From positions 186,001 to 250,000 of the forward strand of contig CM039005.1 of assembly GCA_017499595.2 (NCBI GenBank): 64,000 bases of DNA, in the 5' to 3' direction. Position 1 is the stretch's first letter, and each line of letters opens with the position of its first letter. The stretch is from Psilocybe cubensis (lineage: Eukaryota). The notes under the pieces were generated by a model. It made no database searches and was not told the origin of the DNA. It was given only the letters and a program-made list of their open reading frames with translations. A program made the position numbers and the translations under genes. This document shows, piece after piece, positions 14,027 through 26,754 of this stretch.

Positions 14027-15276
14027 ATGTCTGATTCCTCAGATCCGTCATTCCCTATCTTTATTCAAGAGGCTTACATTAGCTCTAACCTCAATAGCTT
14101 GATGTTATTGGGTTTTCTAATGGGTGAATGACCTTGACTTCGTTCAATTTTTTTTCATTGTCTCACGCACTGTAGGGATATACAGCGTGGTATACGCACT
14201 CACTATGTATCTTCATTGTAGGTTTTCATATCTCACAATACTATAAGTAAGGTGATCCGACAATCTATTGTCATTTAGTATCAGTTGGAGTAAACAATTC
14301 CAATCGGCGTATTGTTCTGTGGGCAATATCAGCACTGTATATTATTTTTATGGTCGACTCGGGTCTTCAATGGTATTCCATTTTCTGGGGTATTGTGCCA
14401 ACAGGAGACACGCGGGAGGATATTTTTTGGGGTGTACAGGATGCTCCTGAAGGGGTCTTTCTACCTAATGGGTTCTTATTCAAATTCATGGTCGTGGTCT
14501 CGGACTGTTTGCTCGTAAGTATAACTCTATAAATCAGAACATTAACTTATGAGTGATAAATTTTTAGATCTGGAGATGTTACCACGTTTGGGGGAAATCA
14601 TTTTGGGCAATTTCTGTCTCTGCAGCATTCCTTATAATCGAGTTTGGTAAGTTGATAAAAAATATATCATTCAAATCGATCAGTAATGGTGGTTTCAATT
14701 GTCTACCCCAGCTCTCTGTGTTTTGGCTACAGTTTCTGAGGGCGGCGATAATGTGCTTTGTGATTTTTACACCTATTTTGTTGGTGCTTTGAACTTGACC
14801 TCGTTGGCAACCACAATTACCGCAACCTCAATGATCGCATTCAAAATACATTCAGCCTCCAGGATGAAAGGCTCACCTTCTAGGACTTTATTCAATCATG
14901 TTGTCATTGTGATGGTAGAATCAGCGGCTCCGTACTCGATCTTTCTACTTCTCGAAGCTCTTGCATCATTTATTCCAACGTTCAATAATCTTGGGACCCC
15001 TGCAAATGACTTTTACGGATATCTGGACACTGTCATGACATTCGTTGCAGTTAGTCCTTGTCTTACTCTTACACTATCCTAAGGTTTCTAATGGCACGAC
15101 AGGGAATGGCTCCCACTGTGCTGGTTGCCAGGGTTGCATTGAAGAGCTCGGAAAACTTGTCTGCTCAGAGAATATCGAACCAGCAGCGCAATTTTTCTGA
15201 TCTACAGTTTGGATCCCAACAAAGGGATCGCAGTGAAAGCAGCATGTGCAATACCGGAATCTACGTTCATAGGTGA
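14027..15276 (+). CDS. Multi-exon 7TM-like membrane protein (paralog 2)
   Basis: TATAAA ~45 bp upstream; MSDSSDPSFPIFIQEAYISSNLNSLMLLGFLMG, SDCLL|IWRCYHVWG, VESAAPYSI, GMAPTVLVARV. Confidence 0.87.
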
Positions 15277-16338
15277 AACCGCCGTGCCATGATGCTGTTG
15301 TGTATTACCAGTAGTTTATTAATCAAGGGAACTTGCTTGATACCTATCCCAACATTACGAGTCTTTACGTAAGTAAAGATGAGTTCTTTTATCCCCACAA
15401 CCCAGCGAGCAAAAATGTCCTCGCCAATTGTCCCCATCAAAATATTATTGATGCGATCAATGTCGTTACCGCTATCGGTATTTTCCTTAAGCGGTCACCG
15501 GACCCCCTAAGCAACCCCTTTCCAATTCATTCTACGACTTCTTTTTACCATTGGTTACTTTAAAGGTTGTTTTTGATTTGTTTTGATCGCAATGTGAATG
15601 TGCGTTTCCATAAAATTAATTATACCCAACAACAATAGTCCTACTCAATTCACTTTTTTGCGTTGTTGTTTAATTTTTAAAACCATGTGGAACCGTCTAG
15701 CCAACGTGCTTATATATTGTACTAATACTTAGAGATGGAACAAATGCACTCTTTGAACTATGGGTCTGAAAGGTTGGAAATAGAACTGTGCAGGCACACA
15801 CGTTCCTTGATATTGGTAGCTTCATCAATCAGAGTTCAAATAGAAATAATTACGCGTTCTTGGGTTCTGGGCGTTCTGTACTATTTGAATTTGATTTTCT
15901 GATTCATGATTGTTTCTCACGCATACCAATTTGTTCTTCCCCTACGTCGGGCGTCTATTGGCTTACGGTTAATATATTTATTGACGTAGTATAGACAATG
16001 CACTTTTCTCCGCACTGTTTTACCCATGGCTTCCGCGTTATCCCCCCGTTTCCAACAGTATGTTCACTGTTTTATCTCATTTGGTTATTACTTATTTTTT
16101 AGAGTCTTTCCGCCTCCCATGGATGATGTGTACATGGATCAGATGGATCTGAAAACCCTCTACCATTTCTCTTGGACTTGCAAGGAGCTAAACAACCGCG
16201 TTTCGGGCTATATGCGCCGCACCTTCCATCCCAAAAATTTATTTGCTCCTATCTTCAAACCCAATGAACATTTGCTGTTTCGTCTTCTCCAGTTCAAGAC
16301 TGGCCTGGTTATTTCAGGTTCCACCATTTTGCATTTTA

Positions 16339-17902
16339 CTTGTTTTAGTGGTCCAACGCAAAGCGTGGCATGACAAGACTTTACATCTCACAATTGTATA
16401 AAATATTTTTTAATCTAGATTTATATAACATAGTTAATATATATTAATATGTTCTGAATGCACAGCCAGATACTGGGCAAGGTTATGATTAATTACTATG
16501 ACTTAGGTCTACTACAAGCTTAGTTGTGTCAGACACAAAAAATAGCTGCACAGGTTATAAGGCCTAATTTTAGGGAAGAACTTATCTATTATAATTTTCA
16601 TACCTGCTAAATATTGAAGAATTCCAGATCTGCTGGGAGAATCCCGTATGGAAAACTGATGGAAGAATGCTCATGTGTATGGCTGCCCAAGTGGGGACAT
16701 ATTTCCCATAAATATAATTTTCTTATTTTTGAAAAGTGCATCAAGAGTGAAACAATATTGTGTGCAAAAACATTTGTTTGGTACGCATATTTCTTTTTGA
16801 CATAGTTTGATGTTGCTGTGAACACAATTGGCTGTGTGGAAACATATTTCAAGCATAATTTGCAAGTGTTAGTACATTATTTCTTCCCCAAAATACATTC
16901 AATGCATGGAAAACATTATTCAAAATGACCATCTCTTGACCAAAGTGGCCAGTGCTCAATGCAACTTGAGTGTAGTGACCGTGGGAATATCCTGCGTACA
17001 GTGTGCGCAGGATATTCCCACGACCTGCTTATTAATTCACGGCCAGTACAAACACCACAGCAAGTAAAATATAATAAGATCATCTAAACTAGGACTGAAA
17101 ATAATTATTATTGCCAAAAATACTTGTATTTTACCTAAAGTATATGCAATGCATCTCAGTAATATATCAGGAATTACCAGAGAAGTTCAAGTTGCTCAAT
17201 GCAAAGTGCGGCAACCGTGAGAATAACTTGCATACACTATATGCAAGTTATTCCCACAGTCTGCTTATTAATTCATGGCCAGTATGAACAGCACAACAAG
17301 TTTAATATGACAAGTTATTTGAAGTGGCATTAAAGATAATAGCTAGATACATAATGTTTATTATTCTTTATTCTATGCCACCACAGTCTACTAGTCATTC
17401 ATGCTAAATTTTTTTTGATAATAATAAAGCATTCTATTTACCTCTACTTGCCGTTAGAGGTGTATAAAGCATGCAAAACAGTTGGTATGTAATTGATTGT
17501 GACTAATTAATGGCCTTAAATCAGTTGAATGAGGTCATTATTATAAAATTTTTGGTTATGAGCGATGATTATCTGCGTCAAAATGTTTAACTTGCAATTA
17601 AAAAGTCATAATGTAATGGTATCTAATTTTGTTTTCTACCATATGGCAGCTAACCTATCTACCTAGCTAATATCTAGTATTTTAATTTCCATATCCCCTT
17701 GGTAGGAACAAAAACTAACAGAAATTCTATGATAGTAACCAATTATTAAGTCAAGCATACCGGTTAAGTAAAAAACCGGTATTAATTACGCAATTTTGAT
17801 GGCATCAATGATTTACTGATGGGGACAATTGGCAAGGACATATTTTTGTACAGTGGGTTGTGGGGATAAAAGAACTCGCTTTACTTACATAAAGTTTCGT
17901 AA
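16339..17902 (-). mobile_element. Inner non-autonomous Helitron-like element, same family as the outer one, inverted
   Basis: Reverse complement of 17761-17902 matches 15355-15494; reverse complement of 16339-16385 matches 40273-40319. A|T insertion site; excision restores the host frame (CAT TTT A|TC AAT); contains the same GTGGGAATAT..ATATTCCCAC palindrome (16981-17021). Confidence 0.85.
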
Positions 17903-19249
17903 TCAATTGTGCTAATATATGGATTCCGGGTGACATGGACATGTATGTCAAGCACAGATAAACATCCTCTTCATCGACATTACAATACCACTGGAGTGGT
18001 CGTTAAGGCCCTGTTCAGTACGGATCAGTTTCGGTTGCAGTGCACATTTCAGTTGCACTTCAACGTGACTGATCTGTGACATATTAGTCAGCGTAGCCAC
18101 AATCGTCGATGTCGTCGATAGACAGTTTCAAAATCTAATCTAAGTGCTCTTTCTGCTTTGCTTCTACTCGCTTCTGGTGTAATTCTCTTCATGGCACTTC
18201 AGGCTCACTGGTCTGATGAAGACCTGGAGGTCTTGATTGCCTTTCTTGTCAGTAAAAAGGCAGCTGCTGGAGATGGTCTCTCTTTCAAAGATGCCATCTG
18301 GACTGAGGCAGCTCAAGAGGTCAACAACAAGAGTCCCCCACTGAGAGGAGCTCCAAAAACTGCTGGAAGCTGTAAAAGCAAGCTGCATAAGGTGATGTCT
18401 TTTGCTTTTTAGATGTCATGATTCTTTCTAAATCTTTTTTAGCTGAAGCAAATCTTTAACATTGTTTCAGACATAAAGGCTCAATCAGGATTTAAGTGGG
18501 ATGAGGAAAGAGGAGCAGATATAGATGATACTACTGCTGAGGTCTGGGCAGCATATGAGAAGGTGCGTAGCTTTTTTTCTTGACTTGATCTATATTTACA
18601 ACTATTTGTAGAGGCACAAAGGAGCATCCCCCTTTCGGAACAAAGGCTGGGTATGGTACAACAAGCTTGTGCCTATTATGCCCAATGCTCCAAGAGGTGC
18701 ACATGTTTTTCATGCCTCAACCCAGTCACAGCAGTTTGTAAATGAGAACGAGGGAGGGGAAATAAGTGATGATGAGCTTGAAAAACCTCTATCTGGTTGG
18801 GGGGTACGTCATTTTTTCTATTTTTATTGCTTTATCTCATTATAAACATTTTAGTCTCCCTCACCTCCTCCTTCTGCTTCGCTTATCACATCTCAAAATG
18901 TGGTAATTCCAGCCAAACGACGGGAATCTGCTCTTTCAAGCGACACAGAGTTTTCAGTTTCTTATTCGGCCAAACGTTCTCGCAGTCACGGTTCCGAGCG
19001 TCCATCTGGTGCCATGGCCTTACATGGTATGAACAGTCGTCTTGATGAATTTACAGATGTGTTCAGAGAGGCTTTTGTTGGAAAGAGGGGTGGTGTTGAA
19101 GCAACTCCTTCTAGAAAGACTCGGGCTATGAAGCGCGTACAGCAGCTTGAAACGCAACTGTCTAATAGCCGTAAAGCGCAAATCGGCCGTATACAATTAC
19201 TGTATATTGTGCCCTACATGCCTCTGTAGTGTGAACCCAACATGCCAGC

Positions 19250-20800
19250 CAAGTACGCACCTTACATGTGCGCCCATTTTGATGATTTATATTGAGCATG
19301 CCTGTGGGAACCATGCTCAGTCTGGTGCACTAGGAGTTCTCATGGCATACCGATGCATTACATACGGTTTGGTGCCTTAGGGCATTACATGGCGTTTAAC
19401 AGCATGTTTAAAGCTCAATGGATGCTAGAGCCATGTTCAAGCTAGTGATCTCTTGGACCAGCGGCAGCTCATGCCACGCTGTGGGATTTGCATATGCAGC
19501 AGTGCCTTGGGGCCTCCAATGGCAGCAAACGAGAGCTATGCTCAGTCTGAGGCGCTGAATTCTTGAATCGGCGGCTCATTGGCATTTTCTACATTTTCTG
19601 GTGCTTCAGGGCATCGAATACGAACAAATGTCATGAGTGAAGGCTTAGTGCATGCCTATAGGAGCTGTGCGTAGTCTGGTGCATCAGGACTCCTTGGAGG
19701 GGGCGGCTCATGCCATGCTGTGACATTTATGCACCCTTTGGTGCCTCACGGCGTCGAATGACAGCAAACGTGAGCCGTGCTCAGTCTGATGCGCTGAATT
19801 CTTGAATCGGCGGCTCATTGGCATTTTCTACATCTTCTGGTGCTTCAGGGCATCACATAGCAGCAAATCTCATGAGTGAAGGCTCAGTGCATGCCTATAG
19901 GAGCTGTGTGTAATCTGGTGCATCAGAACACCTGTGACATTTATGCACCCTTTGGTGCCTCACGGCGTCGAATGACAGCAAACGTGAGCCGTGCTCAGTC
20001 TGATGCGCTGAATTCTTGAATCGGCGGCTCATTGGCATTTTCTACATCTTCTGGTGCTTCAGGGCATCACATAGCAGCAAATCTCATGAGTGAAGGCTCA
20101 GTGCATGCCTATAGGAGCTGTGTGTAATCTGGTGCATCAGAACACCTGTGACATTTATGCACCCTTTGGTGCCTCACAGCGTCGAATGGCAGCAAATGGT
20201 ACTCGTAAGGCTTAGTGCTTACCTATAGAATCCATGCTTATTCGGGTTCACTAGGGGCCCCTCAACTCGCGTAGGCATATGCTGAGCTTCAGACATGCCA
20301 TTTGGTTCCATTCAATACTCTGACATACCGGAATGTTTGTAAATGCCATCCACAGGGTACTATGAGACATCCCTTCAAGGCGTAACACACATTCTGGTGC
20401 CTCATAGCATCAAATGGTAGCAAACGGCATGCACTGAGCTTTGCCTATAGGAGCCGTTCTTAGTCTGGTGCTGCAGGCCTCCTTAAAAAGAGCGGCTCAT
20501 GCTACGCCATATAATATATGCACACTCTAGTGCACCAGGGCATCGAATGGCAGAAAACATGTGCCGTGCTTATTCTGGTACACCAGAATTCTTGAAGCGG
20601 CGGCTCAGGCCACGTTGTGGCATTTACACATATTTTGGTGCCTCAGAGCATCGAATGTCTAGTCTGGTGCACCAGGACTCCTTGAAGGGATAGACTATTC
20701 TGTGCCGGTGGTATTTACTAACATTTTGGTGCCTTGTGGCGTTGAATGAAACAAAAGCACATGTCAGAAGCTCAGCACATGCCTATGGAACCGAGCTCAA
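19250..20800. repeat. Left subterminal tandem array; degenerate ~100-120-bp subunits with a near-perfect 214-bp period in the centre
   Basis: TGACATTTATGCACCCTTTGGTGCCTCAC recurs at 19721, 19935 and 20149; recurrent GGCGGCTCA and AGTCTGGTGC motifs. Confidence 0.88.
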
Positions 20801-20978
20801 GGCTTTTCTGATCAGGATCTGTATATCAGCAGAAGACAAGGCTCATGCTATAACTCCGAGTTAACACTTAGAATTTTGTCAATGCCTAATGTAAACTCGA
20901 TTTTGTACTCCTCCAACTGTGAGCCGTACAAAAATATAGAGCCGTACAAAAATATAATAGATTTTTCTATATTGACTA

Positions 20979-23900
20979 TCATAGTCTTCCTTCCATCTTC
21001 TGAATCTGTTGCCTGTTCCATATAGAGAAGAAAACTCGCATATACATCACCGCTCTTTCCTGTGTCATGTAGCTAACAGCTTTCCGAATTTTGGCAATCC
21101 CACTATTCCCACATTCTGCAGCGCTCGAGTTGAGTTTTAGCAACTCTGGATTGTCAGCACAGTATGTGGACAGAAAACATGCCTCTCCACATTTATGCTC
21201 GCTTGAGTGGAAGATGTCAATAGCAAATAAAGTATCCTTGAAAAATTCGGGTTCACGGGACATGCAGTAGGGCTGCAGTGCACATGCAAAATCATAAACA
21301 ACAACTTTTGGAGCCTTCCTCCATCGGGTATAAATTGCCGAAAATACGTCGTTTCGTCCTTCGGCTGCACGAATGCAATGAAAACCGTAGCATACACTGT
21401 GTGTGCACCAGACACACATGATACCACCGGTCAATCGCTTTTTGGAATATGTCGAATAGTATTTGTGGCAAATATCTTCATCAATGTCAGCTCCCCCAAG
21501 ATCCAGTCCATTTTCATACGGTAAATTTGGGTAATAAGAGCGATCGCGAATGGCTGGCATTGCATAGCAGCATCCAGTCTATAATTCTATTTTGTTAACG
21601 TATGATTGTCAAATTAAAATAAGCATACCTTTAACCACTCATCCTGTGGTATATATTTGTCCAAAGGCGGTGCTTGGGACATTTCATGGACCCTCAATAA
21701 ATCAAACACCACCTTGGATCGTAGATAAAGCCATTCACAGACACCGAGTACATCAGCACTCAACTTTCCAGTCTTAATTTCGTGCTTAACCACTTGGTAC
21801 AGACTGGGGATGAATCGTAATGCCGATGCTTTGGAATCAAGAGGATTCCTAATAAAATGCCTAAGATCCATTAGAGAACTGTGCGTGATCATTTGAAGTG
21901 CATTTTCGTCCGAAGAAATCTACACAGTCATTCAGGAATCAATTATTAGGACATAAATACAAGATTAAAAACGATACCTGAGTGAAAAACTTTGTGTAAA
22001 TATCCAAAGGGTCACACTTAAGAACAACCGCCAGTCCAAAATGTGTGTTAAACAGTCGTCCAAGACTAATGTTGATTTCTGACAACTTCTCAACAAGATC
22101 GGGAATTTTTGTTATCCTCTCCACGAGTTTTTTATTACGATCGTATTCCACAGTTCCTTCGGAGAAAATCTGGTTTGATAAAGTGCTGAGTTGAGGTCCC
22201 TTTATAACAAAGCGTAGTAGGAGTCGAAGGTTTCGATTTGGGATGAGCTGTATATTTTTTACTGGACGTACATTCGACCGCTGAATTGATCTTTTCCCTT
22301 GCATTGTTGGAGGAGTCAAAGATGGAAGCAGATTTCTCCGACTGTATGCAACAGTAACACCATCCCATATAGTTGCATCCGGGGTAGGTCCACAAATAGA
22401 GCAAATCATATCCTGGCCAAAGTCCATGAGACGAATGTATGAAAACCAAGCAGATCGAAACAGTTTTTCATTTGAAAATGGAACCGGTGACTGTCTTGTT
22501 TGATACCGGCGGGACATGGTGAGTGTCCAGGACACAAAAGGAGTCTCCGAGGATGAAAATGCACTAGTATAATCGTCCAACAGGTCATGCGTAAACAAAC
22601 TGCGATTGTTAAAATTGAAGATTCCAAGATTGCTGCAGTCGGGGCCAACATATCGATGAGAGCAGCTGATACATCTTTGGACGGTGATTAAGGATACAAA
22701 GGCTCCTGTCAGTGTATATACAACACACTTTTGCTGCTGAGTTGGTCCTAATGGGTTGAATACAATGCGTGGATTTGAACAGCAGCAGGAATCTCCCTCG
22801 TTTAAAGGGATATAATCCGGTGGTGAATTTACTACCACTCGGGGAGGACTTGGCGGATCAGACTTAATTTGGGCCCAGCACGGAGGTGGAAGACGCTTGT
22901 GGGACACAGACTCAGGAATTCCTGCCATCTGACGTATTGAATTATCTAAATGGCAATAAATCAGCACAGAAAGTCGGGAAAAAGCAACAAACACTACATA
23001 CCACCTAAAAATTGGACTTCATTTGAGTTTGACGTATTGTCAACACTTCCATCACGGGCATTCCAGTCTCCTCGTATGAGCTGTTGCAAAGAATGACGAG
23101 CAGCCACGATATGTGCACATGACACTGCCCCATTGTCTCTGTTGCATCTCCATGATCCTGATCCCGAGTCCTCACCCCGATGTTCAACTACTGCTCTGTT
23201 TTTCAGCGTAGGAAACCATGTAAATGATGGAGTTGAAAAGTAGTTGTTGTACTGTCCATCTACTATACTTTCATTTCTGAAAAATAGAAATGTCTGATTG
23301 TTATTAGAATCTAAATGTAGATGTTATATTGAGTCCTAATGAGAGATAAGAGGATTCGTACCATTGCCATCTGTAGGCAGAGGAAGCTTGAATCCGTTTG
23401 CAACAGTTTCTCTCAAAAAGCGTTCATGAAAACATTCAAATTGATTGTGATTTCTGGGGCAAATGCATGTTTCCTTCCATACACCGTTGAGCTCCATCCG
23501 TTGAATGTGGTACCAGAGTTTCTGGAAAGAAATTTGCAGTGATTATTAGACAATTAACATTATTACTGATCAGTTTCACGCACTGTAGACTCGCGCCTAG
23601 AATTACTCCATCCATTTGCAACAAAAAGATTGCCAGTAAGCTGGTAAAAGCCACATTCATCAGCCAGTACTGCATCCAGGAAGTACGAGTATTCTTCGTC
23701 ATCAGTTCCGGAGGCCCCTTCATTCACTGATTTGCCCAACGCATCTATTTCTGGAACAGATACTCCATAATCTTCATCATAAAAAGGCGCTAATGCATTG
23801 GTATCATCTTGGAGTACTGTTTGAGTTTCGGTTTCGAATTCTTCCGCATTTTTAGAGTATGCAATTGGTGTTGATCGTTGTTTCTTTGCCAGGCGAGATA

Positions 23901-24033
23901 CTTTTCCGCTGACTCTTTTCTTCCGAACAGGAGTTACAATTGGAGAGATACTTTCATGCGCATTGTAGGAATATTGTACTTCGGTAGGGGAATCTGGAAG
24001 GACTGCATAAACAATGGGAGGTGAGTCGCTCAT
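20979..24033 (-). CDS. KDZ-superfamily transposase (HMGXB3-like), multi-exon, with SWIM-like and Cys-cluster domains
   Basis: SWIM-like CICP..ECFH and WRC..SCAH; Cys cluster (CCC..QRCISC..YVGPD..GIFNFNN..FTH); CSICG..IWDG; CHKYY..LTGGIMCVWCTHSVCYGFH..AEGRNDVF; YDFAC; DIFH..HKC; NSSAAECGN. The exons I translated appear open. Confidence 0.88.
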
Positions 24034-24099
24034 GTTTCCCAGAGTACAATGTGAATAGTAAATGACAACTCTATTATTCGTGGTCTGTATTTCATGCCG

Positions 24100-25090
24100 T
24101 GTAGACTACAGTGCTATCTATCAGATGTCTCCTTCCCTGCACATTGTCTGCGTCAAGCCACATAGACTACAGTATTGCACAGGTCTGTGCCTCATGCCAT
24201 GTAGACCATGGTACAACCCATTAGATGGCTCCAGCCTTGAAGGTAGTCTTTGCTTCAGGCCGCGTAGACTAGGGAATTGTATATCCGATGCCTCCTGCCT
24301 TGCAGGTGGTCCATGCGTCACGCCGTATAAACCATGGTATTGTCCATCAGATGGCTCCAGTATTGAAGATAGTCTGTGTGTCACACCGTGTAAACCATGG
24401 GAGTGTCCATCCAATGCCTTCTGCCTTGCAGGTGGTCCGTGCGTCACGCCGTGTAAACCATGGTAATGCCCATCAGATGCCTCCAGCCTTGAAGATGGTC
24501 TGTGCGTCAGGCCACGTAGACTATGGTAATGTATATCCAATGCCTCCTGCCTTGCAGATGGTCTGTGTATCATGCCGTATAAACCATGGGAGTGTCCATC
24601 CGATGCCTTCTGCCTTGCAGGTGGTCCGTGCGTCACGCCATGTAAACCATGGTAATGCCCATCAGATGCCTCCAGCCTTGAAGATGGTCTGTGCGTCAGG
24701 CCACGTAGACTATGGTAATGTATATCCAATGCCTCCTGCCTTGCAGATGGTCTGTGTATCATGCCGTATAAACCATGGGAGTGTCCATCCGATGCCTTCT
24801 GCCTTGCAGGTGGTCCGTGCGTCACGCCGTGTAAACCATGGTAATGCCCATCAGATGCCTCCAGCCTTGAAGATGGTCTGTGCGTCAGGCCACGTAGACC
24901 ATGGTAATGTATATTCAATGCTTCCTGCCTTGCAGGTGGTCTGTGTGTCATGCCGTATAAACCATGGGAGTGTCCATCCGATGCCTTCTGCCTTGCAGGT
25001 GGTCCGTGCGTCACGCCGTGTAAACCATGATATGGCCCATCAGATGCCTCCAGCCTTGAAGATGGTCTGTGCATCGGGCCGCCTAGAATC
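24100..25090. repeat. Tandem array of 63-bp monomers arranged as a 189-bp higher-order repeat
   Basis: TGGTAATGCCCATCAGATGCC at 24461, 24650 and 24839; the ORF track shows 21-aa periodicity on both strands. Confidence 0.93.
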
Positions 25091-25319
25091 TGCTATCTTC
25101 TGGTGGCACAGTATTATGTGCACACATGCCGCCTTGCATCGGGTGTGCATAAGGTGCGCATTGGGTGGCCTCTGCCTTGCAAAATGTTTGTGTGTGCGTG
25201 ACAGCACCATACCACCTGTCTTAGGTCTGCGGTATGAAGGTATTTATTTCTCAGTATATAACCAACGTTCATCCTAACTACTATCTCTTTATACCTCTTG
25301 TTCTATTTCGCACAAATCC

Positions 25320-26754
25320 ATGGCCACCAAAAGTGTTCCGCGTTCACCAAAAAAGGTGTGTAATCTCTCTACAAGCCTGTTACTACCTCTAACACTCAAT
25401 GATTTATAGAAAATGTCTTCAACTTCTGGTAAGACTATGGCAACTCGTGTTAATACACGCTCGTCAAAGGTAAATTACAACAAATTCGTCAAATATGTAT
25501 GTTGAAATTAATAGCATATCCTTTATAGAAGTTAGCACAGAGTCCCAAACGTCAGCCTCAACGTTGCAAGCGATGCCCTGGAAATCCATTTCGCTCACAC
25601 TGTGTTCACACCAAGCACGGAAGGGAGTTTTTAGCCAACCAAGCAGCGGTTGAGGTTTGTCGTTACTATTTCATTCTTATAATATATCTTTGTTACTACG
25701 AAAGTATGCAGAGTCTTCGTACATCTACTCCTGCACCTGAGCGCAACTTGCCTTTGCCTACAGACCTTGGGAACGAATCACCAGTGGGTGCTACTCCATT
25801 TACATCACCGGCAATTACACCATCTCGCCCGTCTCAACTTCCCAACCCGTTCATTTCGAGTCAGTCTACTCATCAGCATGTTGGCACTCCAATGAGCAAT
25901 ATTTCAAGTGTGAGTGGCTACATTCTATCATCTAACACATTTTTGGTTGAACTAGTTTATTTATTAGCAAATTACTACTCCAAGAAGCAATGTACCCAGT
26001 GTCAGTGTACTGCATCACAGACAGTCTGCAGAAGCAGATGCCTCCTCCCCAAACTCCGGAGCTGGAGGAATACATGTTATGACATCCTCGCACCTGGCCA
26101 GCCTTTCTGTGCGCTCATCATCCCAAAGCTCGTCTGCAGGCTCTGCAAGTCGACCTAATCGGACTAGTGCCCAGAATCCATACAATGGATATGTTGATGG
26201 AGCATATCGAGGCTCGTCTGTTTATCGTGAGTTAACCTTTTTGTCTTCTACTCAATTTAAACTTCAATAATCGTGTCAGAAATTGTTCGAGGGCATCGTC
26301 TCCCCTCGCCAATCTCCGATAATACTCGTTCAGTCAAGAAATTTACTAACACAATTAATTCTATCATTGAAAAGGTATGGCTTTGTATTAAATGTTGTAC
26401 AATCTGATATCATGTGCTGCGCAGTGTGAAGACATCTCGAAAGAGACAGGTTGCTGGCTCTTTATTGGAGCACAGCATGCTACAGCACGCGCTGGGTCTA
26501 TTAGCTATGCTTCCCCTCGACTAAGGCGCGATGCAGCTGAGCAAGTAGGTCAAATCGGGACACAGTTTTCTACTCTCACCCGAAACTTGATTCATTCACG
26601 TACCCAAGAGACACTTGATCTCCAACGACAGCTGGAACAGTCTCGTCGTGAAACCGAGGAGGCAAAAAAGTCTTTGGAGGCTGTTCAAGAGAACCAAAAG
26701 GAGTTGCGTAGTATTCTAGACAGATTTCGTGAACAGTATCACATTGATGTGTAG
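25320..26754 (+). CDS. KDZ cargo gene: basic N-terminus, CxxC..C.H knuckle, Ser/Pro-rich linker, divergent MADS-box-like domain and coiled coil
   Basis: GT-AG exon chain from MATKSVPRSPKK; CKRCPGNPFRSHCVH; KKFTNTINSIIEK|CEDISKETGCWLFIGAQH..SYASPRL; C-terminal heptads. Confidence 0.72.

Noticed and set aside
15355-17902. Single TIR element bounded by ~140-bp inverted repeats
   Set aside because: The inverted match is between the 5' ends of two separate oppositely oriented Helitron copies; the 3' ends at 16339 and 40319 and the restored reading frame explain it better.
24121-25277. 317-aa and 329-aa ORFs on opposite strands
   Set aside because: They follow from a stop-free 63-bp repeat whose length is a multiple of 3; there is no independent sign of coding.
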